Of a stretch of DNA of 64,000 nt, positions 1 through 8,878 are shown piece after piece (position 1 is the stretch's first letter; each line of letters opens with the position of its first letter). A program made the position numbers and the translations under genes. The notes under the pieces are model-generated. The model searched no databases. It saw only the letters and a list, made by a program, of their open reading frames with translations, and had not been told where the DNA came from. Origin of the DNA: Deltaproteobacteria bacterium (lineage in GTDB: Bacteria; Myxococcota; Myxococcia; SLRQ01); the NCBI GenBank assembly GCA_029210625.1, contig JARGFU010000001.1, positions 261,806 to 325,805 of the forward strand. The letters are read 5' to 3'.

Positions 1-2
1 TC

Positions 3-281
3 CTGGGGATCGACCGCTCCCTCGCGGCGCGCTTCTCCTTCCTGCTCTCCATCCCCGCCATCCTGGGCGCGCTGGTGCTGCACCTGAAGGACGGCGTGGG
101 CGCGCTCGAGGCCGGGGCCGGCGTCTTCCTGGCGGGCTTCCTCGCCGCCGCGATCAGCGGCTACCTCGCCCTGCGGCTCCTGCTGGTCCTGGTCGACCGG
201 GGCCGCTTCGGCGTCTTCGCCTACTACCTCTGGCCCCTGGGCCTGGCGGTGCTGGGATGGGCACTCGCGGGCGGGTAGGCG
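3..281 (+). CDS. uppP: undecaprenyl-diphosphatase (UppP/BacA), C-terminal fragment; the gene starts upstream of the window
   Basis: Frame-3 translation from base 3 reads LGIDRSLAARFSFLLSIPAILGALVLHLKDG...YYLWPLGLAVLGWALAGG. This is a hydrophobic multi-TM C-terminus typical of UppP. Stop TAG at 279-281. Confidence 0.65.
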
Positions 282-1831
282 AGCGGCGCTCGCCACCGGC
301 GGAGCGGGGACCTCGACCCCCTCGCCCGCTGCAGCCCGGCCCGGACAGCCGGAAGAACCAGGTCAGCAGCGCCATCGGCGCCGCCAAGCTCAACGGGAGG
401 TTCTACACTCCCCTCGAGGTCGCCGACGCGATGCTGGAGCGGGTGCGCTGGCCGGCCGGCGGTGGCTCCCTCCTGGACCCGGCCTGCGGCGAGGGCGTCT
501 TCCTCGAGGCGGCCCTGCGCAAGATCGCCCGCCTGCGGCTCTCCCGGGAGGATCTGGACCAGGTCTCCCTGGCGGGCTGGGATCTCGACCCGGAGGCGCT
601 GCGCGAGGCGCGGCGCGGGCTCGCGGCCACCATCGCCGGCTACGGCCTGCCCATGCTGCTGATGCCGCGCCTCCACCACCGCGACGCCCTCGAGACCCCG
701 ATCCTCCAGCCCGCCTGCGTGGTGGGGAACCCCCCCTACCTCGAGTCGAAGCGGATGCCCGAGGCGCTCAAGGCCCGGATCCGCGAGCGCTTCCCGGCCG
801 CGGCCACCGGGGCCTTCGATCTCTACGGGGCCTTCGTCGCCCTGACCCTGGAGGCCGAGCCCGAGGAGCTCTCCCTCCTCCTGCCCAACCGCTTCCTGGT
901 GACCGCCAACGCCGCGGCCCTGCGGCGGGAGCTGCAGGCCCGCTACGAGCTCGAGATCACCGACCTCTCCCGGGAGCGGGTCTTCGGGGACGCCGCGGTC
1001 TACCCGGTGGTGATCCACGGCCGGCGACGGAAGGCCCGCGCGCGCGCGGCGCCCGAGGCGCGCTCTCGCGATCGGCGCGAGGCGGTGCTGCCGATCCTCC
1101 CTCCCCCGGGCCCGGCCCGCGAGCTCTTCCGGCGCCTGCGCGACGACGAGACGCTGCCGCGCCTCGCCGACGCCCTCGAGATCCGCTGGACGGTCTCCTT
1201 TCACCGCGCGGGCCTGCGCGACGCCTTCGTCTCCCCGCCCGAGGCCGGCCACCCCGCGAGCCCCCACGCCCGCCCCTTCCTCGGGGGCCAGCGCTTCTCC
1301 GGGAACCGCGAGGTGGAGCCCTGCCGGATCGCCTGGCGCGGCGCCCACATCGACTACGACGAGGCGCGGGCCCGGGCGGCGAAGAACCCCCTGCCCCCGC
1401 TCGGCCTCTTCGAGGGGCCCGCCCTGGTGATCTGTCAGAACGCCCGCCGCCTGCGCTGCGCGGTCGACACCGAGGGCCACGTGCTGAAGGACACCTTCCT
1501 CCACGGGCGCCCGCGCGGCGGCGGCGTGCGCGGGTTGAAGTGGCTGGCCCTCGTGCTGCAATCGGACCTGATGCACTTCTTCTACGAGCACCTCTGGGGC
1601 GGAACCCGGAAGGCGGGCGGCCACCTCCACTTCCTCGGCCGCACCCTCGAGGGCCTGCCCCTGCCCCCCGGGAAGCCCCCCGCCGGGGTCGAGGCGCTCT
1701 ACCGGCGCATCGGAGAGGGCGACCAGGCGGCCAGGGCTCGGGCCGAGGCGCTGGTGCGCGCCGCCTACGGCGTGACCGCCACCGAGGAGGCCGCCCTGGC
1801 CGCCTACCCCTTCCCTCCCCCGGGGGCGTGA
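257..1831 (+). CDS. gamma-class N6-adenine DNA methyltransferase (TaqI/Eco57I-like) with a C-terminal target-recognition region; no restriction partner seen, so apparently orphan. Start codon uncertain.
   Basis: Motif X GRFYTPLEVADAM, motif I LLDPACGEGVFL and motif IV VVGNPPYLES occur in the order X-I-IV, which defines the gamma class. A ~270-aa C-terminal TRD-like region follows. Only ATG 257 lies upstream of motif X. Confidence 0.7.
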   Translation: MGTRGRVGERRSPPAERGPRPPRPLQPGPDSRKNQVSSAIGAAKLNGRFYTPLEVADAMLERVRWPAGGGSLLDPACGEGVFLEAALRKIARLRLSREDLDQVSLAGWDLDPEALREARRGLAATIAGYGLPMLLMPRLHHRDALETPILQPACVVGNPPYLESKRMPEALKARIRERFPAAATGAFDLYGAFVALTLEAEPEELSLLLPNRFLVTANAAALRRELQARYELEITDLSRERVFGDAAVYPVVIHGRRRKARARAAPEARSRDRREAVLPILPPPGPARELFRRLRDDETLPRLADALEIRWTVSFHRAGLRDAFVSPPEAGHPASPHARPFLGGQRFSGNREVEPCRIAWRGAHIDYDEARARAAKNPLPPLGLFEGPALVICQNARRLRCAVDTEGHVLKDTFLHGRPRGGGVRGLKWLALVLQSDLMHFFYEHLWGGTRKAGGHLHFLGRTLEGLPLPPGKPPAGVEALYRRIGEGDQAARARAEALVRAAYGVTATEEAALAAYPFPPPGA

Positions 1832-1928
1832 TTCGTCGCTCGGCGCCCCTCCCGGCGTAGAGGCTGATGGGAACTGCATCCTCCCCGGGCTTGCGGTACG
1901 ATCCCCTGCTCGACGGGGACGCTTCAGG

Positions 1929-2897
1929 ATGAGCGACGAGAAGACAAGCGAGGACGCGGGGCGCGGCGCCGACGACACGATCGTCCAGCCGACGATCCCC
2001 GAGCCCGGCGACGGGGAAGGCCACACCGAGGAGGTGGGGCTGGTCTCGGTGGAGGCCGAGCACATCGGCACCCGGGACTCGGAGGCCCCCACCAAGATGG
2101 TGGCCCTCCTCGATCCCGAGGGCCCAGAGGACACCCTGCGGGAGGTGCCCCCTCCCCTGCGGCCCTCCACCCCCGGCGCCCGCACGCACCGCAGGGCGGA
2201 CCCGCCCCTCGGGGCCGGCGATCGGGACGCCGAGGCCGGCAGCGGACGCTGGACCGGCACGAAGACCGTGCTCCACGTGACCCTCACGGGCCTCGGCCTC
2301 CACGCCGCGGGCGATCCCGCCGCGGCCGAGGCCGCCTACCTCGAGGGCCTCGATCAGCTCCTGGGCGGCCATCCCCTGCGCGCCACCGGCGGCCGGGTCT
2401 ACGCCGCCGGCTCCACCGTGAAGGCCGCCCGCGCCGCCTTCGAGCTCCTCGAGCAGCTCGAGGCCGAGGGCCGGAGCCTCTCTCCCGAGCGGAGGATCTC
2501 GGCTCGCTTCGGCCTGGCCCGGGGCCCCCTCGGGAGCGACGCCGAGGGGAGCGAGGCCGCCGAGGCCAGCGCCGCCTTCCGCACCGCGGTCACCCTCGGC
2601 GCCAGCGCCGGGGCCGGAGAGGTCCTCGCCTCGTCCGAGGTGGTCGAGGACCTGGGCACCTCGGGGGTGCGAGCCGAGCGCGTGGGCAAGCGCTCGGTGG
2701 AGGGCCTCGACGAGCTGATCGTGGCGCACCGCCTCCTCCACGTCGATCCCACCCTCGCCCTCCCCTCCGTGCGCCCCGAGGCGCCTCGCCCGGCCCCCCC
2801 CGCCCCGCCCCTCCTCCCCGGGCGCGGCGTGCTGCTCGTCGCCGGCGCGGCGCTGCTCCTCGGCCTGGGCATCCTGATCGGGTACCTGCTGCGATGA
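1929..2897 (+). CDS. hypothetical membrane-anchored protein with a degenerate class III cyclase-homology-like core; translationally coupled to the downstream Ser/Thr kinase
   Basis: A core resembling a nucleotidyl-cyclase fold (VLHVTLTGLG...GGRVYAAGSTVKAARAAFELL...ISARFGLARGPL...AFRTAVTLGASAGAGEVLAS) lacks the canonical metal and base residues. Acidic N-terminus, C-terminal TM (VLLVAGAALLLGLGILIGYLL). Its stop overlaps the kinase start as ATGA at 2894-2897. Confidence 0.45.
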   Translation: MSDEKTSEDAGRGADDTIVQPTIPEPGDGEGHTEEVGLVSVEAEHIGTRDSEAPTKMVALLDPEGPEDTLREVPPPLRPSTPGARTHRRADPPLGAGDRDAEAGSGRWTGTKTVLHVTLTGLGLHAAGDPAAAEAAYLEGLDQLLGGHPLRATGGRVYAAGSTVKAARAAFELLEQLEAEGRSLSPERRISARFGLARGPLGSDAEGSEAAEASAAFRTAVTLGASAGAGEVLASSEVVEDLGTSGVRAERVGKRSVEGLDELIVAHRLLHVDPTLALPSVRPEAPRPAPPAPPLLPGRGVLLVAGAALLLGLGILIGYLLR

Positions 2898-4696
2898 GTC
2901 GGACGGATCTCGAGGGCACCGAGCTCGACGGCCGCTACCGCCTCGAGAGCCTCCTGGGCGACGGCGGGATGGGCCAGGTCTTCCGGGCCACCCAGCTCTC
3001 CCTCGAGCGCACGGTCGCGGTGAAGCTCCTGCGGGAGGAGGTCTCGACCGACGATCAGATGCGGCAGCGCTTCGACCGGGAGGCGAAGATCCTCTCGGGG
3101 CTGGACCACCCCGGCATCGTGCGGGTGCACGACTACGGCGTGCACGAGGGCTGCCCCTACCTGGTGATGGACCTCGTCCAGGGTCGCACCCTCGAGGCGC
3201 ACCTGCGCGAGCGGGGCCAGCTCGCGCCGGCCGAGGTGAAGGCGATCCTCGTGCAGATCTGCGATGCCCTGAGCCACGCCCACGAGGCGGGCATCGTCCA
3301 CCGCGACCTGAAGCCCGAGAACATCGTCCTCGAGGAGGGCGGGCGGGTGCGCATCCTCGACTTCGGCATCGCCCGGATGGTGATCGGAGACGACGCCCAG
3401 TCCCAGCCCGAGCTCACCTCCGCCGGGATGATGGTCGGCACCCCCCAGTACGTCTCGCCCGAGCAGGCCACCGGCAAGCCGATCGACGGGCGGACCGACC
3501 TCTACTCCCTGGGCCTGATCGCCTACCGGATGCTGGCCGGGCGGCCGCCCTTCCGGAAGCAGTCGGCGGGCGAGTACCTCGTCGCGCACGTCACCGAGAC
3601 CCCCCCCACCCTGGAGGAGCTCGGCGTGGACAGCGCGGGGCTCTCCCTCCTGGTGCGCCGGGCGATGGAGAAGGAGCCCGGGGCGCGCTTCGCGAGCGCC
3701 GCCGAGCTCCAGGCGGCCCTCGAGGGGCTCGGCGAGCTGCCCACCTCGCTTCGCTCTCGCGAGGACGCGCCGGCCGCGACCGGCGAGCTGCCCGCCGCCG
3801 GAAGCACCCGGCCGATGTTCCAGGCGGGGGAGCAGAAGTTCCAGACCGCCCCGACCGTGGCCAGCCAGCAGCAGCCGGTGGCCCCCGCCGCGACCACCCC
3901 CGACGCTCCCGCGCCCCTCGCGGCCGCCGCGAGCGCGAGCGCGAGCGCTGCCCCGGCGCCGGCCCCCGGGCGGGATCGCTGGCCCCTCCGGCAGGTGATC
4001 CCCATCGCCGCGGGCGGCGCCCTGGTCTTCGTCCTCGGCCTCGGGCTGGCGCTGACCCTCGGCGGCGGCGAGCCGGCGGCGGTCGCCGAGAGCAACACCC
4101 TGCTGGCCGCCGGCAAGATCCCGGCCGCGCGGCAGCGCCTGGAGGAGGCCATCGCCGCCGAGTCCGAGCCCGAGGCCGTCGCCCGGCTGCGGGCCACCCT
4201 CGGCCGGGCGCTGGTCGCCGCCGAGGCCCCCCTGCCGGCCCTCGAGCAGTTCCGGCTGGCGATCGGCTTCGACCCTGACGCCCTCGCCGACGAGGACCTC
4301 GCCGCCCTGGCCGCCCTCCTCGAGCGGAGGGGCCCCGCGAGCGACCAGGCGGAGACCCTCCTCCTGAGGCTCGAGGGCCGGGCGGGCGACCACCTGAAGG
4401 ACCTGAGCGAGGACGAGCGGCAGCCCCTCGCCCTGCGCCTGAGAGCGGCGGCGCTGGCCGAGCGCCTGGGGGAATCCCTCGATCGGGTACCCCTCCTCAT
4501 CGAGGCGCTGGAGGCGGAGGCCTGCGAGGTCCGCCGCACGGCGATCAAGGAGCTGGGGACCCTGGGCGACGCTCGGGCCCTGGAGCCCCTGCAGGCCTAC
4601 GTGGCCGAGCGCGGCGACGGCCTGCTGGCCCGCTTCGCCTGCGGCCAGGCCGCCGCCCAGAGCGCGATCGAGCAGATCCAGGCCGCAGGAGACTGA
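2894..4696 (+). CDS. eukaryotic-like Ser/Thr protein kinase with a TM segment and C-terminal HEAT/TPR-like repeats
   Basis: Hanks motifs GDGGMGQVF, VAVKLL, HRDLKPENIVL, DFGIAR and GTPQYVSPEQ. A Pro/Ala-rich linker is followed by a TM helix (IPIAAGGALVFVLGLGLALTL) and repeat units (ALEAEACEVRRTAIKELGTLGDARALEPL). Confidence 0.9.
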   Translation: MSRTDLEGTELDGRYRLESLLGDGGMGQVFRATQLSLERTVAVKLLREEVSTDDQMRQRFDREAKILSGLDHPGIVRVHDYGVHEGCPYLVMDLVQGRTLEAHLRERGQLAPAEVKAILVQICDALSHAHEAGIVHRDLKPENIVLEEGGRVRILDFGIARMVIGDDAQSQPELTSAGMMVGTPQYVSPEQATGKPIDGRTDLYSLGLIAYRMLAGRPPFRKQSAGEYLVAHVTETPPTLEELGVDSAGLSLLVRRAMEKEPGARFASAAELQAALEGLGELPTSLRSREDAPAATGELPAAGSTRPMFQAGEQKFQTAPTVASQQQPVAPAATTPDAPAPLAAAASASASAAPAPAPGRDRWPLRQVIPIAAGGALVFVLGLGLALTLGGGEPAAVAESNTLLAAGKIPAARQRLEEAIAAESEPEAVARLRATLGRALVAAEAPLPALEQFRLAIGFDPDALADEDLAALAALLERRGPASDQAETLLLRLEGRAGDHLKDLSEDERQPLALRLRAAALAERLGESLDRVPLLIEALEAEACEVRRTAIKELGTLGDARALEPLQAYVAERGDGLLARFACGQAAAQSAIEQIQAAGD

Positions 4697-4771
4697 TCTC
4701 GGCCTCCCCGGGCCTGAAGACCGAAACATTGGTCGTTTCCCGCAGAGGCCTCGTAATCAGAGAATGAAGCC

Positions 4772-5362
4772 GTGAGCGTGCCCGAGGCGACCTACCGAGC
4801 CTTCCGCGAAGGTGATTCCGCGGCCTTCCAAGAGGTCGTCCTCGGCCATGCCGGAGTCGTGAGGTCCGTCGTGAGCCGATTCTGGAAGAGCGAGTTCGAA
4901 AGAGAGGACGCCGCTCAGGAGATCTGGCTTCACCTCTTCCGCCAGCGTGAGCAGCTCGATCCCGAGCGCCTGGAGCAGGTCGGCGGCTGGATCCGCACCC
5001 TCGCCCGCAGCAAGTGCATCGACCTCTTGCGCCGGCAGGGCCGCCAGGTGCCGGTGAAGCCCGAGGAGGAGCTCAAGGTCCCCGCCCCCGCCGGCCCCGA
5101 GAGTGACCCCGAGGTGGGGGCCCGCAAGCTGGCCCTCGGCGAGGCCGTCCAGACCTTCCTCGAGGGGCTCGGTCCCGACTTCAGTGACTTCTTCCGGCAT
5201 CACTTCGTGGAGGGTCTCACGCAGGAGGAGACCGCCGCCCGGCTCTCGGTCCCGGTCCACCGGACCAAATACATGAAGCGCGTGCTCCTCTCGCGCGCCC
5301 GGAGCTCCGCCTCGCTACGGACAGCCCTGGGCCGCTACCAGGAGGTCCTCCATGCATCCTGA
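4772..5362 (+). CDS. ECF-family RNA polymerase sigma-70 factor
   Basis: Region 2-like EDAAQEIWLHLFRQ and a region 4 helix-turn-helix (GLTQEETAARLSVPVHRTKYMKRVL). It is ~196 aa and sits immediately upstream of, and overlaps, an anti-sigma gene. Confidence 0.8.
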   Translation: MSVPEATYRAFREGDSAAFQEVVLGHAGVVRSVVSRFWKSEFEREDAAQEIWLHLFRQREQLDPERLEQVGGWIRTLARSKCIDLLRRQGRQVPVKPEEELKVPAPAGPESDPEVGARKLALGEAVQTFLEGLGPDFSDFFRHHFVEGLTQEETAARLSVPVHRTKYMKRVLLSRARSSASLRTALGRYQEVLHAS

Positions 5363-6284
5363 CCTCCGGATGATCGCCCGCTACCTCGAGGGAGAGCTCG
5401 GCGAGCGCGCCACCGCGGCCCTGCGCCGTCACCTGCGCCTCTGCGAGCGCTGCCGGACCCGCCACGACGAGGAGATCCTGCGGCGCCGGGCGCTGACCGG
5501 CGACCCCGAGTCCGCCACCGCCGAGGACGACCGGCGGATGGCCCGCCTCGCCCTGGCGGCCGTGCGCCGCGAGGAGCCGAGCTCGGCCAGCCTCGTCGCC
5601 CTCGAGCCCGTGCCGCTCACGGACCCGCTCGTCCTCCTCCCCCGCCGGGCCTTCCTGGGCGGGGGCGCCGCCCTCGCGCTGGCGGCCTCGCTCCTCCTCG
5701 TCTGGGGCCTGCGGGCGCCGGCCCCGATCGTCGCGATGATGAAGGCGGGCAGCCACCTCTCCGTGAACGGCGAGGCGGTCGACCGGACCCGGCCGCTCGC
5801 GCTGCGCGCCGGCGATCGGCTGGAGACCGCCGGCAAGGGCGCGGGAGAGCTCGAGCTGCGCGCCGGCGGCGCCAGCGGCAGCCTCCGGATCTACCCGGGC
5901 ACGACCCTCGTGCTGACCGACGCCTCGGAGGTCCAGCTGGAGCGAGGCCGGGTCTGGAGCCGGGTCGAGCCCGGCCCCGCCGGCTTCAAGGTGAAGACCC
6001 CCGAGGGGGAGGCCCGGGTGGTGGGCACCTCCTTCGTCGTCGAGCACGAGGAGGAGAGCGGCACCGAGGTCCGGGTGATGAAGGGCGTGGTCGACGTCCA
6101 CGCGAAGGGCAAGGCCGTGAAGGTGCAGGCCCTCGAGCGCACCCGCATCGCCCGGGGTGCCGCCCCCGAGCCCCCGACCCGCTACGATCCCCGCAGCGAT
6201 CGCATGGACTGGTCCCGGATCTGGCAGTCCATCGTCGACGGCTTCAACGAGCTGCTGCAGAGCGTGCAGGAGCTGATGCGCTAG
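5352..6284 (+). CDS. anti-sigma factor with a zinc-finger N-terminus, one TM helix and a periplasmic FecR-like domain
   Basis: N-terminal HLRLCERCRTRHDEE zinc-binding motif, TM (FLGGGAALALAASLLLVWGL), and a FecR-like beta domain (TPEGEARVVGTSFVVEHEEESGTEVRVMKGVVDV). Overlaps the ECF sigma gene by 11 nt. Confidence 0.7.
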   Translation: MHPDLRMIARYLEGELGERATAALRRHLRLCERCRTRHDEEILRRRALTGDPESATAEDDRRMARLALAAVRREEPSSASLVALEPVPLTDPLVLLPRRAFLGGGAALALAASLLLVWGLRAPAPIVAMMKAGSHLSVNGEAVDRTRPLALRAGDRLETAGKGAGELELRAGGASGSLRIYPGTTLVLTDASEVQLERGRVWSRVEPGPAGFKVKTPEGEARVVGTSFVVEHEEESGTEVRVMKGVVDVHAKGKAVKVQALERTRIARGAAPEPPTRYDPRSDRMDWSRIWQSIVDGFNELLQSVQELMR

Positions 6285-6333
6285 CCGCTCCCCTCCGGCG
6301 CGGTCGAGGGTAGGCTGGGCTCACGGAGGGTTC

Positions 6334-6786
6334 GTGAGCAAGCATCGCTGCAACAACTGCGGAGCGAAGGTGTCGCTCTCCCGGCACCGGCGCTGCCCCT
6401 ACTGCTCGGTCTACCTCCGGGAGGCCGACAGCCCGGAGACGAAGGCGGTCTTCGCGGCCTTCTTCCGCACCCAGCAGAAGCGCCTGGCCCAGCGCTGGGG
6501 CCCCGGCTTCACCGCCAGCCTGGTCGGGGGATCCCTCCTCACCCTGGGCTTCTTCCTGGCCCAGCTCGTCTTCCTCTCCATCGCCTCGGCGGTGGTCTTC
6601 GTCCTGCTCGCCGGCTTCCTCGCCACCTCCGAGGACGAGGGCTACGCCGAGAAGAGGGTGATGCCGAAGCTGCGGAAGCTGATGGAGAAGGAGGAGGTCC
6701 CCCTCTCTCTGGTGAAGGGGTGGGCCGGCGAGGTGCTGCCGACGACGAGCGAGATCCTCGGCGCGGTCACCGACCTCCAGGATTAG
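6334..6786 (+). CDS. small zinc-ribbon membrane protein, hypothetical
   Basis: CNNCG...CPYC zinc ribbon followed by two TM helices (LVGGSLLTLGFFLAQLVFLSIASAVVFVLLAGFLA). No family recognised. Confidence 0.4.
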   Translation: MSKHRCNNCGAKVSLSRHRRCPYCSVYLREADSPETKAVFAAFFRTQQKRLAQRWGPGFTASLVGGSLLTLGFFLAQLVFLSIASAVVFVLLAGFLATSEDEGYAEKRVMPKLRKLMEKEEVPLSLVKGWAGEVLPTTSEILGAVTDLQD

Positions 6787-7664
6787 AAGGGCAGCGCGGC
6801 GACCGTGGCGGCCTGCTCGCCCGCCGCGCCGCGCACCACGAGCGGCGTGCCGGGGGTCGCGTGCTCGCCGCGCAGGCGCGCCAGGGCCACGGGACGCCCA
6901 GTGGCCGGCAGGAGGGCGGCGCTGGTGATCGCGCCGACCTCCTTGCCCTCGTGCGCGAGCGCGTCGCCGGCCGCGGCGGGCGACGCCAGCTCGAGGCCTA
7001 CGAGCTGCCAGCGCACCTGACCCTGGGTGGCGATGCGGGTCATGGTCTCCTGGCCGAGGTAGCAGCCCTTGGTGGCGTGCAGCGCGCCCCCGAGCCCGAC
7101 CTCCTGAGGGAAGACCGAGGGGCCGAGCTCGTGGCCCCAGGCCGGCACCCCCGCCGCGACGCGGAGGGCCTCCAGCGCTGCTGGCTCCCCTCGAGGCAGG
7201 GCGGCCAGCTCGAACGGCGGCGAACCCTCGAAGAGGACGAGCAGGCCGGGCGTGGCGCCCAGGTCGTGGTGGACGACGATCGCCTCGCCGATCCGGTGGT
7301 GGGCGAGCGGGCGCTCCGGCGCTGCGAGCGAGGCCGGCGCCTGGCCCAGGATCCACTCGGTCGAGAGGTCCAGGGCGCGAAGCTCGACGTCGTCGGCGAC
7401 GAGGTAGTGGTCGAGGCCCGCGAGCAGCCCCTCCCGCGCCTCGCGGTGAGCGCCGAGGAGGATCCGCTCCTCCTCGACCAGCAGCAGGCAGGCCGCCTGG
7501 AGCTTGCCCTTGTCGGTGAGCAGGAGGTTCTGGTTCCCCTCCCCCGCCGCGAGGCCCAGCACGTCGTTGGTCATCAGGGCGTGGAGGAAGCGGACGCGGT
7601 CGGCGCCGCGGACCTCGGTCCAGGCCAGTTCGCTCTCGTGACGGCGGGGCTCGGGGTCGCTCAT
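6783..7664 (-). CDS. ygfZ: YgfZ/GcvT-like folate-binding protein (tRNA-modifying / Fe-S cluster repair family)
   Basis: The segment RVRFLHALMTNDV matches the conserved YgfZ N-terminus, and KGCYLGQETMTRI matches the GcvT/YgfZ signature. Start taken at the internal MSDPEP Met at 7664. Confidence 0.65.
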   Translation of the reverse strand: MSDPEPRRHESELAWTEVRGADRVRFLHALMTNDVLGLAAGEGNQNLLLTDKGKLQAACLLLVEEERILLGAHREAREGLLAGLDHYLVADDVELRALDLSTEWILGQAPASLAAPERPLAHHRIGEAIVVHHDLGATPGLLVLFEGSPPFELAALPRGEPAALEALRVAAGVPAWGHELGPSVFPQEVGLGGALHATKGCYLGQETMTRIATQGQVRWQLVGLELASPAAAGDALAHEGKEVGAITSAALLPATGRPVALARLRGEHATPGTPLVVRGAAGEQAATVAALPF

Positions 7665-7741
7665 GCCCCTGATCCTGCGCCGGTGGCGGCCGAGATCAAG
7701 CCGTGTCCCCTCGTGTCGCACCCCCGAGGCATACTCCACCC

Positions 7742-8509
7742 ATGCTTGGCGCCATCGCTGGAGACGTCGTCGGCTCGATCCACGAGCACGCCCGGACCAA
7801 GACCCGAGACTTCCCCCTCTTCGTCGAGGCCTGCACCTTCACCGACGACACGGTGCTGACGGTCGCCGTCGCCCGGGCGATCCTCGAGGGCACTGCCTAT
7901 CGGGACGAGGTGCTCCGGCTCGGGCGGGAGCACCCCGGCGCGGGCTACGGGGGCAGCTTCCGCCGCTGGCTCCGGGAAGAGGACCCGCAGCCCTACGGCT
8001 CCTGGGGCAATGGCTCGGCGATGCGGGTGAGCCCGGTGGGGCTGGCCTTCACCGACGAGGCGAGCGTGCTGCGCGAGGCCGAGAAGAGCGCGGCGATCAC
8101 CCACGACCACCCCGAGGGGATCAAGGGCGCCCAGGCGGTGGCGCTCGCCGTCTTCCTCGCCCGGCAGGGCGCGTCGAAGGAGGAGATCCGGCTGCGGATC
8201 TCCGGGGACTTCGGCCACGACCTCACGCGCAGCGTCGACGAGATCCGGCCGGGCTACCGCTTCGACGTCAGCTGCCAGGGGAGCGTCCCCGAGGCGATCC
8301 TCTCCTTCCTCGAGGCCGACGACCTCGAGGGCACCCTGCGCAACGCCATCTCCCTGGGCGGCGACGCCGACACCCTCGCGGCCATCGCCGGCGGCATCGC
8401 CGAGGCCTTCTGGGGCGGCCTGCCCCGGGCGGATCACCACCAGTTGAGGACGTCCTCGGCGAAGCCGAGGCGGCCCTCGGCGTCGTGGAGGCGCCAGGGT
8501 CTCAGGTAG
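7742..8509 (+). CDS. ADP-ribosylglycohydrolase family protein; the C-terminus looks atypical or truncated
   Basis: The ARH N-terminus MLGAIAGDVVGS and the metal-site motifs TFTDDTVLT, GNGSAMRVSPV and SLGGDADTLAAIAGGIAEAFWG are present. The usual last ~35 aa are replaced by a low-complexity tail that overlaps the converging minus-strand gene. Confidence 0.7.
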   Translation: MLGAIAGDVVGSIHEHARTKTRDFPLFVEACTFTDDTVLTVAVARAILEGTAYRDEVLRLGREHPGAGYGGSFRRWLREEDPQPYGSWGNGSAMRVSPVGLAFTDEASVLREAEKSAAITHDHPEGIKGAQAVALAVFLARQGASKEEIRLRISGDFGHDLTRSVDEIRPGYRFDVSCQGSVPEAILSFLEADDLEGTLRNAISLGGDADTLAAIAGGIAEAFWGGLPRADHHQLRTSSAKPRRPSASWRRQGLR

Positions 8510-8878
8510 TCGTCACGATCGAAGTCGAAGACCACCTCGCCCAGCTTGTGCGCCCGCCCCTCGAAGAGGAGCAGGTTCTCGCTGGCCGGGCCGCGATCGC
8601 TGAAGCCGTAGCCGAGGTTCCAGCCGATGGGGCGCCCCTCGTGGAGGCCCGAGGCCGAGGCCCAGGTAGCCCAGATCCGCCACGGTGAGGGTGAGGCCGA
8701 TCCCGCCCTCCTGGGAGAGGACGGCGTAGTAGTCCCACTCCTTGATCCGGTGCCAGCCGGCCCGGATCGCGGCGCGCCCGTAGCGCCAGAAGGGGCGGGT
8801 GGCCCACCCCGCGCGGGTGAGGGTGCCGTCGGGCTGCAGCAGGTCGAGGGGCTCGGTGATCCGGAGCTGCCCGGTCAT
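8441..8878 (-). pseudogene. frameshifted remnant of a conserved hypothetical (DUF2804-like) gene
   Basis: The first ~75 codons read cleanly (MTGQLRITEPLDLLQPDGTLTRAGWATRPFWRYG...IKEWDYYAVLSQEGGIGLTLTVADLGYLG). The sensible continuation (LHEGRPIGWNLGYGFSDRGPASENLLLFEGRAHKLGEVVFDFDRDDYLRPWRLHDAEGRLGFAEDVLNWW, stop ~8441) lies in another frame, so there is a 1-nt frameshift near 8660-8680. The family call is tentative. Confidence 0.4.

Noticed and set aside
224-2741. Long minus-strand ORFs (224..2287, 687 aa; 957..2741, 594 aa) opposite the methyltransferase and hypothetical genes
   Set aside because: Their translations are Arg/Gly/Pro/Ala low-complexity with no motifs. The plus-strand frames carry clear MTase and kinase-operon motifs. 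They are typical GC-rich antisense artefacts.
4697-4771. ECF-type autoregulatory promoter upstream of the sigma factor gene (GAAAC ... CGTAA)
   Set aside because: The spacing between the candidate -35 and -10 elements (~24 nt) does not fit ECF promoters, so it is not reported as a feature.
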